This document shows positions 18,901 to 28,357 of a stretch of 64,000 bases of DNA, in pieces. Position 1 is the first letter of the stretch. Every line of letters starts with the position of its first letter. Below the pieces are notes generated by a model. It made no database searches. It was not told the origin of the DNA and was given only the letters and a program-made list of their open reading frames with translations. The stretch lies in contig CAZVGK010000018.1 of assembly GCA_964626665.1 (NCBI GenBank), positions 1 to 64,000 of the forward strand. The letters are read 5' to 3'. The position numbers were made by a program, and so were the translations under genes. This DNA is from an uncultured Gemmatimonadota bacterium. Its GTDB lineage: Bacteria; SM23-81; DAOVCL01.

Positions 18901-21696
18901 AGGATCCCCAGAGCCACAAGGGGTATCACAACAACCACCGTTTCCATCCTCATATTTATCTGGGCAGCCATCCACTCCAACGTCTTCACCCTCATCCAGG
19001 ATGCCATCCTGGCTTTTATCCTCTGTGTCCAGTTTCTCGTTGCCATTGATATCCTCGCTTATCTGACCCAAGTCAATTACCAACTTACCCTTATCCCCTT
19101 GAGCCCAGATCTCCAGATACTTGGTTTCGGTCTGATCCCGATAGCTTATGGGTAGTGCCCTCATCACACCACCCCAGAAGGAGGAATCTCCATCTAAAGG
19201 GGTAAAATCCAAGGCGAGAATGTTTATCTGATTTTCCCTACTGGTGGTCTCCTTATTCGGCCAGATGTATTTTACCGGATACCTGTCCCAGGGGTTATAC
19301 CAAAGGAGCTTTCCTCGTAAGGAGTCTAATGAGCCCACCGGAGAGCTGGACTTCGTCCAAACAGTGCGAATAATCCCTAAGTCAAGGTACTCCCTGCTCC
19401 CCTCAAAATCATCTATGAGAGCCTCATTTTTGGTGTTGGGATTGGGGATGATCTGAGCCACCTCTCCGGATAAACTCAAGGACGATTTAGCATCTGTCTG
19501 GATAAAAGGCAAAGCATCAACCATCTCCGTCATCAGGGGGGGATTCAAGTTTAAGGAGGCATTTATATCCCAGATAAAATCCCGCACCGGCTCCTGTCCT
19601 ACCCTCGGTCTCTCCTCCGGGGTGCTCTCGCTTCGGTAAAGGGCCAGTGCTCCAATTTTGAAGTGGTCGCTCCTTTTATAGTCCGCCTTCAGGCCTAAGA
19701 GACTCTTCTTCTCTATCTGCATAAAGGGGGCATATTCGTAGTGCACCTCTAAATTGGCATTTGGGTCTAATGCCTCTCTGGTCAGGAAAGTTATCTGGCC
19801 GATCTCATAGGTAATATTGTAATCCTTCCCCTTCTGTAATTTCCTCCCATTTAAAGTTACCACCTCACTCCCCGGGATGATGTTTGCCCGGAGGGAATAT
19901 TCGGCTTTCCTCTGGGCATATTTTACCTTGATGTAATATTTGAACATAACTTCGCTGAGTCTGTTGTGGGGAGTGGTGTAAATCTGAGGGAGGCTATCTC
20001 TGAGATTAGGGGCATAGTGAGTAAGAGAATCGCGGCAACCGAACCAAAAGGGAAAGGAATCAGGGAAGGCCAGATGTCCCCTACCCAGGTCTAAGATGCG
20101 GTTGGAAATGTCTATCTTCCCATCGGGAACAGAGTTCCCATCCTGGTCCATCCGGTCTAAACCAAAGAGCTCTAAGTAAGGGATGGAATCCTGAGTAGTC
20201 GGATCTATCCCGCTGGATAGTTTCTTGTATATCTGCACCTCAAACCCGTCTGGGTTGATGTTCGTCGCCCTCAGGCTGTAAACATTCTTCCACTCATAAG
20301 CCCAGGTAGAATCATTATGGTTTGGACTTTCCGGTTTAATTAGCTTAAGGACTAAAGTATCATCCAGGTTAGGGCTTACTTTCCCTATTGTATCGCCCTT
20401 TGTAGTAGCATACCAAACACCAAAGATAAAATTCTCCCCTAATGCATGCTCGAACATAATCCATCCGTTCTGTTTGTCTACGAAGTACTCACCTTGGGAG
20501 GGATCAATAAACTCAAAGTTACCGAATTCAAATGCCGTTGAGGTGTCCGGATCAAAGTATGCTTTCCCTGGACGCTTTTTCTTTATGTCTGACAAACCGG
20601 ATCTATCGTCTATGTAGATTTTATAGTCTTGGATGGTATCTCCCCTGGTCAAGCCCAACCAGTAGTAAGTGTACGACAGATAGTCCTTGTCATATATTGT
20701 TGTTCCACCCTCCGCCCCTTTGGCGGTGAAGTTGGCCTGATCTGCTGAGCTTTTGTCCTGGCTGGTGATGAGAGTGAGGTTTAAATGGCCTATCTTGGCC
20801 TGGGCCTTGATGCCAAAAAGGCCATGTGCCCGCCCCGTGTAGCTGCCAACAAAGCCAGCTCCACCCAGAGAGAGAGATGTGTTACCCGCCTCAACATTCT
20901 GGATTATCTCATCCTCATCCCCTTGATAGCTGAGGTGGATGCGGTTCTCCAAGTCCGTTTGCCTCTCACTATCCTGGTCTATGGAGACCTTGATCTTTGA
21001 GCCAATGGTTCCGGTGATGGTGAACCTGGATTTCTGATCCATTTTCAGGGCAGGGAATTTGGAGGGATGGTGAGTGGCAGTGGCCGCTTCCCCCTCGGTC
21101 CACTCGCTCCTCCCGGAGAAGCTTATCCTCCTGGTACCATTTACCCTTAAAGCAGGTCCCCCCTGACCGATGATGCTGGTGATGAACTTGGGCATCTTCA
21201 GAGGAAGTTCATACTGCAAAAAGCCTCCCGTCTTCTCCTTCTCCTCTTTGGTAAGCTCTAACCTTTCACTCTCCCTCCAGTTCTTCCAAAGGTTATACTC
21301 CTGAACTAAGGAGAGGTAAAGGGGGAGATCCATAAGCAGGGGATGGCTGAATTGATGGTTGGCAAGGGTTTCCTCCAGGTATATGTCCCCCTTTTGGAGT
21401 TCCACCATAAAACTTCTCCTTAAGGGGAGGGATTTATAGTTGAGAAGAGCAGGGGATTGGTGGGCTATGGATAGACCTGGGAAGGGTTGAGCCTGGTAAT
21501 ACCTCACAGCCGGCCAATAAGGATAGGACAGGCTCAGTTTCAACCCCACCTCGGCTAAGGCAAGGGAGGGGAATAAAAGAAAAACCGCCCAGATTAAATA
21601 CAAGAACCCTCTTTTGGCGGCACTATATATTCTAAATCTTTCGGCATTCAATGCCTTAGTTGCTCCCTTGACTTGGTTTACGGGGGACAATCTCAC
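15937..21696 (-). CDS. sprA: SprA-family large outer-membrane protein (T9SS translocon homologue)
   Basis: 1919 aa; IHLSYQGDEDEIIQNVEAGN, GLFGIKAQ, IDDFEG, IDLGQISED, PDTEDLN, WRLYRIPL, GEVWIDELR motifs; beta-strand C-terminus ending in F. Exact start uncertain. Confidence 0.9.
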   Translation of the reverse strand: MRLSPVNQVKGATKALNAERFRIYSAAKRGFLYLIWAVFLLFPSLALAEVGLKLSLSYPYWPAVRYYQAQPFPGLSIAHQSPALLNYKSLPLRRSFMVELQKGDIYLEETLANHQFSHPLLMDLPLYLSLVQEYNLWKNWRESERLELTKEEKEKTGGFLQYELPLKMPKFITSIIGQGGPALRVNGTRRISFSGRSEWTEGEAATATHHPSKFPALKMDQKSRFTITGTIGSKIKVSIDQDSERQTDLENRIHLSYQGDEDEIIQNVEAGNTSLSLGGAGFVGSYTGRAHGLFGIKAQAKIGHLNLTLITSQDKSSADQANFTAKGAEGGTTIYDKDYLSYTYYWLGLTRGDTIQDYKIYIDDRSGLSDIKKKRPGKAYFDPDTSTAFEFGNFEFIDPSQGEYFVDKQNGWIMFEHALGENFIFGVWYATTKGDTIGKVSPNLDDTLVLKLIKPESPNHNDSTWAYEWKNVYSLRATNINPDGFEVQIYKKLSSGIDPTTQDSIPYLELFGLDRMDQDGNSVPDGKIDISNRILDLGRGHLAFPDSFPFWFGCRDSLTHYAPNLRDSLPQIYTTPHNRLSEVMFKYYIKVKYAQRKAEYSLRANIIPGSEVVTLNGRKLQKGKDYNITYEIGQITFLTREALDPNANLEVHYEYAPFMQIEKKSLLGLKADYKRSDHFKIGALALYRSESTPEERPRVGQEPVRDFIWDINASLNLNPPLMTEMVDALPFIQTDAKSSLSLSGEVAQIIPNPNTKNEALIDDFEGSREYLDLGIIRTVWTKSSSPVGSLDSLRGKLLWYNPWDRYPVKYIWPNKETTSRENQINILALDFTPLDGDSSFWGGVMRALPISYRDQTETKYLEIWAQGDKGKLVIDLGQISEDINGNEKLDTEDKSQDGILDEGEDVGVDGCPDKYEDGNGGCCDTPCGSGDPNGDNWNYDDKNDYDHINGTEGNRDDPDGGRRPDTEDLNGNLSLDRKNSYFEYDIDLSDPSSPYEVPDSRNDHNWRLYRIPLQDSLNHKKVGNPDWQYIDYVRMWLTGATSEATLRIATIQLVGNKWRELGITPKDSLSPEKFDIATINTEENPKTYIPPPGVRGKLDRQTHIRAREQSLVLKYENIQPGHTGRGYRHLLSSNGENYTNYHTLKMFVHGPDSLPHPFFLFRLGSDSLNFYEYHTILHPRWDPENEVVIDFDQITALKNYMLVSGQKDTTDGPYRIRGSPTLTAIKWFEVGVTNVDSLWPMSGEVWIDELRVTQVKREPGWAKKVSLSAQFADLFSLRASYVNKGSKFHGLGGSRPGYSKTSQSLSISNFALHKFFPKGWGINLPLNGSWSRNLSLPELKPGTDIMLPKELRRDERTESTSRSASASFGINRKGNNPLFNLFLNRMSTHFGFGDNKGTSPTTPTSWNSSYNLNWKYGLSPGKKSVSPFGWAKSKLVPGFISGAKFFYLPTSLNFGATVSRTKGLKVDNSGTRTDTYVRNFTGTASTGFSPFQSLQANYKLTNDRDIRRDEEINLSYNPKRFSLGRETGWTENGSIIFSPTFLKFLTQRYSYGANYREGFNRQSYGQDERTANLDLSGSASLGLRINGLFNFIKPPENIKRLRKGSPRWILLQFKELWSSIDPLSGSYSQGRNLLRHGLLGRPSFAYRMGITQDPGVRINTSSVGFTRDSETESQSWDLGSGFSPLRPVKVNISYKRGNRVNRDPSSPTESRSETFPNLTLRWNSVEKFPLLHQFASSADLSAGYSRKVDLSGPEGLDTLFSKNTSVSYSPLFSLRLTWKNGVSSTFEGSRSINEKKAYQGAANTTRTEDRSYKASFSKSFRAPHGVKLPILRKKIRFESSLNLSVDISVKSSKSINIAQDGRSDITANTKAWSVGTHGSYTFSRQITGGMNINISDNDDLKRGTKRKAREVGFWMEMKF

Positions 21697-22077
21697 TCTA
21701 TATGCTATTTTTTTATCCCCACCAAAACCTTAGCTAAACTGCATAGGCAATCTCCTTTCATTTATAACCACGGAACCTCACGGAATTAAACAAATATCTT
21801 CTATCAACTAAAGCGGACATTGGGCCTAATTCTCAATTTTTAATTCTTAATTGCTCCTTAGCCCTGACAACTGTTAACTGTTTTTAAATATAAACATCTT
21901 CTCCACCAAAATCAAGGGAAAAATTTAGTTCCACTGACATTTTTTGTTGACTGAGGGCAAACCAGATCTATTTTAGGCACTCCTGCAATAACCCTATTGT
22001 ACACACAGTGCCAGGTATGAGCCAATGACGAAATCCTAATGGCGAGTGAGTCAGGGCAAATTTTTTTTCCTTTTACC

Positions 22078-22105
22078 TTGACAATGGTGTTTCCATTTAT
22101 ATTAT
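22078..22105 (+). promoter_or_regulatory. sigma70 promoter of the gltA operon
   Basis: TTGACA-16 nt-TATTAT. Confidence 0.6.
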
Positions 22106-22183
22106 GTGAAAAGAGTAACAAGAAGGTGGAATCAACGGTTATTGGAAGTAATTGATTTAAATTCAAAAAAAGAGGAGGAGAGA

Positions 22184-23479
22184 ATGGGTAAATTAAAGGA
22201 AAAACTGCGAGAGATCATCCCCAAAGAGAGGGAGAGGGTGAAGAATGTAATCGTCCAGAAGGGCACAAAGGTAATCTCCCAGGTGACGGTGAAACAGGCA
22301 TACGGGGGGATGAGAGGGGTGAAGTGTCTGGTCTGTGACACCTCTTCCCTCGATCCAATGGAGGGAATAAGCTTCCGGGGTTATACCATTCCCCAACTGA
22401 TGGAGAAGCTCCCTAAACCTCCGGGGAACGATTCGCCACTCCCCGAGGCCCATTGGTGGCTGTTGCTCACCGGGGAGATACCTACCGCAACCCAGGTGGA
22501 AAACCTGCAAGTGGAGATCAAGGAGAGGATGATGGTCCCCCAGTATGTTTGGGATATTCTAAATGCGATGCCTGAGGATATCCATCCAATGACCATGTTC
22601 TCCGCTGCCGTCCTCTCCTTACAGACGGAGTCCCTTTTTGCCAAAAGCTACAATGAGGGGATGAAAAAGGAAGACTATTGGGAACCTATGTATGAGGACA
22701 GCCTGAACCTCCTGGCCAAACTCCCCCAGATTGGGGCCCGCATCTACCGGTTGAAATACAAGGGACATTCCTACATCGAGCCCGATACTGACCTGGATTG
22801 GGGGGGCAACTTCGCCCATATGATGGGGGTGGAGAAGCCGGAATACAAGGATTTGATGAGGCTCTACTTCTTCCTCCATTCAGACCATGAGAGCGGTAAT
22901 GTTAGCGCCCATACCGGCCACTTAGTGGCCTCTGCCCTCTCAGATGCCTATTATTCCCTCTCTGCTGCCCTGGATGGTTTAGCTGGCCCACTCCATGGCC
23001 TGGCCAACCAGATGTGTCTACAGTGGATAATGGAGATGATGGAGAAGTTGGGTGGTACCCCCAGCAAGGATCAGGTTGAGAAATATGCCTGGGATACATT
23101 AAACAGTGGACAGGTAATCCCTGGTTATGGCCATGCCGTCCTGCGGAGGACTGACCCCAGGTTTGTCGCTCAGCATGAATTTGCCCTAAAACACTGCCCA
23201 GATGACCCCATTGTGCAGGCGGTAACCAGGGTATATGAGGTTGTCCCAGCGATCCTGCAGAAACAGGGAAAAGCGAAGAACCCCTGGCCAAATGTTGATG
23301 CCCACTCCGGTTGTCTCCAATATCACTATGGGATAAGGGAGTTCGACTTCTATACGGTCCTGTTCGGCATAGGCCGGGCATTGGGGATTACCTCAGAACT
23401 GATCTGGGACAGGGCGCTGCTGCTTCCCATTGAGAGGCCAAAGTCGGTGACTACAAAGTGGATTGAGGAAGAGGCTTAA
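22184..23479 (+). CDS. gltA: Citrate (Si)-synthase, eukaryote/Geobacter-like type
   Basis: YGGMRG, HSDHESGNVSAH, GLAGPLHGLANQ, PGYGHAVLRRTDPR, NPWPNVDAHSG, IERPKS. ATG 22184 follows GGAGGAG. Confidence 0.95.
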   Translation: MGKLKEKLREIIPKERERVKNVIVQKGTKVISQVTVKQAYGGMRGVKCLVCDTSSLDPMEGISFRGYTIPQLMEKLPKPPGNDSPLPEAHWWLLLTGEIPTATQVENLQVEIKERMMVPQYVWDILNAMPEDIHPMTMFSAAVLSLQTESLFAKSYNEGMKKEDYWEPMYEDSLNLLAKLPQIGARIYRLKYKGHSYIEPDTDLDWGGNFAHMMGVEKPEYKDLMRLYFFLHSDHESGNVSAHTGHLVASALSDAYYSLSAALDGLAGPLHGLANQMCLQWIMEMMEKLGGTPSKDQVEKYAWDTLNSGQVIPGYGHAVLRRTDPRFVAQHEFALKHCPDDPIVQAVTRVYEVVPAILQKQGKAKNPWPNVDAHSGCLQYHYGIREFDFYTVLFGIGRALGITSELIWDRALLLPIERPKSVTTKWIEEEA

Positions 23480-23500
23480 AAGCCACTGAGGAGGCAAGAT

Positions 23501-24754
23501 ATGGGACTTACCATAGCCGAAAAGATCATTTCCGCGCATACCGGAGCGAGGGTGCAGGCCGATGAGCTTGTGGTGGCCGAGGTAGATGGTTCCTTGGTGC
23601 AGGATGGGACTGGTCCTCTTTCCATCAGCGAATTGGAGGAGGCGGGATTGGTGCAGGTCAAGATACCGGAGAGGACCGTGCTCTTTATCGACCACGCCGC
23701 CCCTTCTCCTCGCAAGGAGCTTTCCAATAGTCACCGCAAGCTAAGGGAGTTCGCCCAAAAGACCGGGGCCATCCTCTCCGAGGTGGGTGAAGGGGTCTGT
23801 CACCAGAGGATGATAGAGGATTGGGCCAGGCCGGGGGACCTCATCGTGGGGGCGGATTCCCATACCTGCACCTATGGGGCATTGGGGGCCTTCTCTACCG
23901 GAATGGGTTCCACCGATGTGGCCTATGCAATGGCCTTGGGCAAGGTCTGGTTAAGGGTGCCCAGAAGTTTCCGCATTGAGCTCCAGGGAAAATTTCAGCC
24001 TGGCGTCTATGCCAAGGATTTCATTCTTAGCTTTATCGGCCAGATCGGAGCAGATGGGGCAACCTACAAGGCATTAGAGTTTTCCGGGGAGATGGCTAAT
24101 TTAAGGATGGATGAGAGGTTTACCATCTCCAATATGACCGTGGAGGCCGGGGCAAAGGCCGGGCTCTTCCCCACCGATGAACTTACCAGGAAATACCTGA
24201 GGGAACAGGGAAGGGAGGGGGACTTTAAGGAAGTGAAACCTGACCCTGATGCTCAGTATGAAAAGGAGTTAGAATTTGACCTCTCCCAGATTGAACCCAC
24301 GGTCTCCTTTCCCCATACCGTGGACAACACCAAGTCCGTAAAGGAGGCCAAAGGAATAAAGATAGATCAGGCCTACATAGGAACCTGCACCAATGGGAGG
24401 ATTGAGGATCTGAGAATTGCTGCAGATATACTCAAAGGAAGAAAGGTAGCTCAGAGGGTCAGGCTCTTGGTCATCCCTGCCTCCCGCAAAACCTACCTCC
24501 AGGCACTTCAGGAAGGACTGATCACCACATTTGTGGAGGCTAAAGGTTCTGTCTTGGCCCCAGGATGTGGCCCCTGTGTAGGGGTACACGAGGGAGCCTT
24601 AGGCGATGGGGAAGTCTGCCTCTCCACCCAAAACCGCAACTTCAAGGGCAGGATGGGCAACCCTGAGGGGTTTATCTACTTAGGCTCACCAGCCACCGTG
24701 GCCGCCTCAGCAATTAGGGGGGAAATCACCGATCCCCGGGAGTTTCTCCTTTGA
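23501..24754 (+). CDS. Aconitase-family large subunit (LeuC/HacA-like)
   Basis: IDH, GVCHQ, GADSHTCT, GTCTNGR, CGPCVG, STQNRNFKGRMG. Confidence 0.92.
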   Translation: MGLTIAEKIISAHTGARVQADELVVAEVDGSLVQDGTGPLSISELEEAGLVQVKIPERTVLFIDHAAPSPRKELSNSHRKLREFAQKTGAILSEVGEGVCHQRMIEDWARPGDLIVGADSHTCTYGALGAFSTGMGSTDVAYAMALGKVWLRVPRSFRIELQGKFQPGVYAKDFILSFIGQIGADGATYKALEFSGEMANLRMDERFTISNMTVEAGAKAGLFPTDELTRKYLREQGREGDFKEVKPDPDAQYEKELEFDLSQIEPTVSFPHTVDNTKSVKEAKGIKIDQAYIGTCTNGRIEDLRIAADILKGRKVAQRVRLLVIPASRKTYLQALQEGLITTFVEAKGSVLAPGCGPCVGVHEGALGDGEVCLSTQNRNFKGRMGNPEGFIYLGSPATVAASAIRGEITDPREFLL

Positions 24755-24759
24755 ACTAA

Positions 24760-24965
24760 TCTACCCCATAAGGACAGGGTTTTTAGACCTATCGGAAAGG
24801 AATGACGGACAGACCTCCCGACCACCTCCGGCGGCCGGGACAAGTTTCGGTCTGTCCCTACACCTAAGGGAATCTTGGGGGTTCCCGATGAGCCGTCAGA
24901 TGTCTTCACCTACCAGCAGGAGAAGAGGGTGGCAGAACCCCGTTCTGCCACCTCGTTAGCAGGTC
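24760..24965. repeat. Intergenic hairpin-module cluster inside the gltA operon
   Basis: Degenerate REP-like GGGACA..TCTGTCCCTAC, a CCGTCAGATG module, and GGTGGCAGAA..TTCTGCCACC (24928-24952). Confidence 0.7.
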
Positions 24966-24986
24966 TCTTCAAACAAAGGAGGAAAC

Positions 24987-25490
24987 TTGATCTTAAAGGG
25001 AAAGGCGATAAAATTTGGAGATGACATCTCCACCGATCATATTGCCCCGGGCAGGTATTTCCATTTGCGCAACAACCTGCCGGAGTTGGCCAAACACACC
25101 CTGGAGGATGCAGACCCCCATTTTGTCCAGAAGGTCAGGCCAGGGGACTTTGTGGTAGGCGGAAGGAACTTTGGCCTGGGCTCATCACGGGAGCATGCCC
25201 CGCGGGTGATCAAGATCTCTGGAGTCAGCGCTGTCCTGGCCAAAAGCTTTGCCCGCATATTCTATCGCAACGCCATAAATGTTGGCCTGCCAATCATCGA
25301 GTGCGACACGGACAGGATCGATGATGGGGACCAATTAGAGATCTACTTAGAGGAGGGGCAGATTAAGAACCTCACCAAGGGAGAGGAGCTAACCTTTGCC
25401 CCCATCCCTGGGTTTATGCTCAGGATCTTGCAGGAGGGGGGCCTTTCCGCCCATATCAGGAAACACAAGGAGATAAGGATAGAACCATGA
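24987..25490 (+). CDS. Aconitase-family small subunit (LeuD/HacB-like)
   Basis: [40 protein letters not shown] start after AGGAGG. Confidence 0.92.
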   Translation: MILKGKAIKFGDDISTDHIAPGRYFHLRNNLPELAKHTLEDADPHFVQKVRPGDFVVGGRNFGLGSSREHAPRVIKISGVSAVLAKSFARIFYRNAINVGLPIIECDTDRIDDGDQLEIYLEEGQIKNLTKGEELTFAPIPGFMLRILQEGGLSAHIRKHKEIRIEP

Positions 25491-26776
25491 AGAGTGAAGA
25501 GAAGATTAAGGTAAGGGGAGAAAAACTTGTTGTCCCCGACAACCCCATAATCCCCTTCATTGAAGGGGACGGGACAGGGCCGGACATTATGAGGGCATCA
25601 TTGACGGTGTGGAATGCCGCAGTGGAGAAGGCCTATAGGGGGAAAAGGGAGATAAGTTGGAAGGAAATCCTGGCCGGGGAGAAGGCCACTGCCCAATTAG
25701 GCACCCCCCTCCCCCAGGAGACCATCGATGCCATCCAGGAGTATGTGGTGGCCATCAAAGGCCCTTTGACCACCCCCGTGGCTGGAGGGTATAGGAGCTT
25801 GAATGTCTCTATGCGTAAGACCATGGACCTCTATGCTTGCATAAGACCAGTGAGGTATTTTCAGGGGGTCCCCTCGCCCGTTAGGCACCCCGAGAAGCTG
25901 GACATCGTTATCTATAGGGAAAACACCGAGGATGTCTATGCTGGGATAGAATACAAGGAGGGGAGTGAGGAGGCGGCAAAACTGAGGGACTTCTTGCAGG
26001 ACCAACTGGGTGCCAAGATCAGAGAGGACTCGGGGATAGGCATCAAACCCATATCCAAGTTCGCTACCCAGAGGCTGGTGCGCAAGGCGATAAAGTATGC
26101 TCTGGAGAGCGGGAGAAAGAACGTAACCTTGGTGCACAAGGGGAACATAATGAAATACACCGAAGGGGCCTTTAAGGATTGGGGATATGAGCTGGCCCTC
26201 CAGGAGTTCCGGGACAAGGTGATTACCGAGGATGAACTCTGGGATCAGGTGAAAGGGCCCGATGGGGTAACCCCAATGACCAAACCCGGGACCTTTGCCC
26301 ATCTGCGCGGAGGCAAAGAGGCGGGCAACCCTGGCACAAGGATTATCATCAAGGACAGGATAGCAGATCAGATGTTCCAACAGGTGCTCACCAGGCCCAA
26401 CGAATACGACATCGTTGCCCTCCCCAACCTCAACGGTGATTACCTCTCCGACGCCTGCGCCGCCCAAATTGGCGGGCTGGGCATCGCCCCGGGGGCAAAC
26501 ATCGGTGACTGGGTGGCCCTCTTTGAGCCCACCCATGGCTCCGCTCCCAAATATAGAGGAATGGACAAGGTGAACCCATCTTCCCTAATCCTTTCTGGAG
26601 TGATGATGTTCAGATACTTAGCATGGGAGGAGGCGGCCGTCCTCATAGAGAAGGCTCTGGAGAGAACAATTATGGACAAAAAGGTCACTTATGATCTGGC
26701 CAGGCAGATGGAGGGGGTCAACCCCATTAAGACATCGGAATTTGGTCAGGAGATTGTCAAGAGGATGGAGGGTTAA
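25487..26776 (+). CDS. icd: NADP-dependent isocitrate dehydrogenase
   Basis: [54 protein letters not shown]. Confidence 0.96.
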   Translation: MKSEEKIKVRGEKLVVPDNPIIPFIEGDGTGPDIMRASLTVWNAAVEKAYRGKREISWKEILAGEKATAQLGTPLPQETIDAIQEYVVAIKGPLTTPVAGGYRSLNVSMRKTMDLYACIRPVRYFQGVPSPVRHPEKLDIVIYRENTEDVYAGIEYKEGSEEAAKLRDFLQDQLGAKIREDSGIGIKPISKFATQRLVRKAIKYALESGRKNVTLVHKGNIMKYTEGAFKDWGYELALQEFRDKVITEDELWDQVKGPDGVTPMTKPGTFAHLRGGKEAGNPGTRIIIKDRIADQMFQQVLTRPNEYDIVALPNLNGDYLSDACAAQIGGLGIAPGANIGDWVALFEPTHGSAPKYRGMDKVNPSSLILSGVMMFRYLAWEEAAVLIEKALERTIMDKKVTYDLARQMEGVNPIKTSEFGQEIVKRMEG

Positions 26777-28203
26777 TGATTGTCCTCTCCCTTAATTGTG
26801 GGAGCTCATCCGTCAAATACACGCTTTATGATTGGGACAAAAAATCCATCCTCAGCACGGGAGTGGTGGAGCGGGTAACCATCGGGGATTCCCTCTGTAC
26901 TCACGAGGTTCCCGGAAGGGAGAAGGTAAAGATCAAACACGATTGTCCCAATCACCGAGAGGCCATAAAGTTAGTGCTGGATACACTGCAGCACCCAGAC
27001 TATGGGATAATTGACGACCTCTCCACCATCTCCGCCGTGGGTCACCGGGTTGTCCATGGGGGGGAAAAATTTGCCAAGTCTGTGCTGATCACCAACGAAG
27101 TCCTCGCTGCCTTTAAGCAGCTTTATGACTTAGCCCCTTTACACAACCCCCCAAATGTCCTGGGCATTGAGGCCGCCCAGGAGCTGATGCCGCACATTCC
27201 TCACATAGCGATTATGGATACCGCTTGGCATCAAACTATGCCCTCCTTTGCCTATATCTATGCCCTCCCCTATGAGTGGTACGAAAAGTATGGGGTGAGG
27301 AGATATGGATTCCACGGGACATCCCTCCTTTATGTAGCCAAAAGGGCAGCTGTCCTCTTAGAGAAGGATCCTTTTGATTGCAACTTAGTTAGCTGCCACA
27401 TCGGTAATGGTGTATCGCTCAACGCAGTAAAGGAAGGGGTCTCCTGGGACACATCGATGGGGTTTACCCCCTTGGAGGGCATGGTGATGGGAACGCGGGC
27501 CGGTGACCATGATGCAGCCATTGATCTTTACATTATGCAAAAGGAGGCCCGCACTCCCAAGGAGATGAATACCATCCTCAACAAAAGATCGGGGATTTTA
27601 GGGATTACCAGGAAATATACCGACCAAAGGGATGTGGTGGAAGCAGCCAGGCAAGGGGAAGAAAGGGCAGAGCTGGCCATAGAGGTAGAGAGCTATCGGA
27701 TAAAAAAATATATTGGGGCTTACATCTATGTCCTCGGAGGGATCGACGCCATAGTCTTCACTGCGGGGGTAGGGGAGTTATCAGCTACCATCAGGGCCAA
27801 ATCCCTTGACGGCCTGCAACCCTTAGGGATTAAATACGATGAGGGGAAAAATCGTTTGGCCCGCACGCGCAACGCAGAATCCGAAATCACCGGGGAAGGA
27901 TCAAAGGTGAGGATATTTGTCATCCCCACCGATGAGGAGAGGGTGTTCGTAGAGGATGTGGTAGCTTTGGTTGAGGGCAGGTATGACCTCCATACGAACT
28001 TCACCTACAGGTTCCAGAGACCAGATTGCACCAACTCCTTGAGAAACATAGAATTTGCCAAAGAATGCCAGGAAAACCCTCGGCTCTTAGATGTTATGGC
28101 TCCCGTGGCCAAGAGGGCTTTTCTAAAAGAGGCGGAAAAAGACGCGGAACTGAGGGAACTTGTAGCCAAGATACCCCAAGGCCAAAATGGGGCTGTGGGG
28201 TAG
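26776..28203 (+). CDS. ackA: Acetate kinase (C-terminally extended)
   Basis: LNCGSSS, GHRVVHGG, APLHN, RRYGFHGTS, MGFTPLEG, FTAGVGE, PTDEE. Confidence 0.95.
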   Translation: MIVLSLNCGSSSVKYTLYDWDKKSILSTGVVERVTIGDSLCTHEVPGREKVKIKHDCPNHREAIKLVLDTLQHPDYGIIDDLSTISAVGHRVVHGGEKFAKSVLITNEVLAAFKQLYDLAPLHNPPNVLGIEAAQELMPHIPHIAIMDTAWHQTMPSFAYIYALPYEWYEKYGVRRYGFHGTSLLYVAKRAAVLLEKDPFDCNLVSCHIGNGVSLNAVKEGVSWDTSMGFTPLEGMVMGTRAGDHDAAIDLYIMQKEARTPKEMNTILNKRSGILGITRKYTDQRDVVEAARQGEERAELAIEVESYRIKKYIGAYIYVLGGIDAIVFTAGVGELSATIRAKSLDGLQPLGIKYDEGKNRLARTRNAESEITGEGSKVRIFVIPTDEERVFVEDVVALVEGRYDLHTNFTYRFQRPDCTNSLRNIEFAKECQENPRLLDVMAPVAKRAFLKEAEKDAELRELVAKIPQGQNGAVG

Positions 28204-28357
28204 CCTCAAATGGACAATATTCAACTTCAAACATAGGGTCTCTGCGATTGGAAAAAGGGGTTGAACCGCAAAACCTGCAGAGCTATCTGCAGTAAGGTAT
28301 GGCTGTGCAAAACATAAATAGTACGATGCCATTGTTAAAAAACGGAAAGGAGGATTG

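Noticed and set aside
23501-25490. Calling these genes leuC/leuD
   Set aside because: The family is clear, but the gltA/icd context and absence of leu genes argue against leucine biosynthesis, so symbols are withheld.
25697-26536. 279-aa antisense ORF in icd, and similar shadow ORFs throughout
   Set aside because: They lie opposite well-conserved genes and are explained by codon bias.
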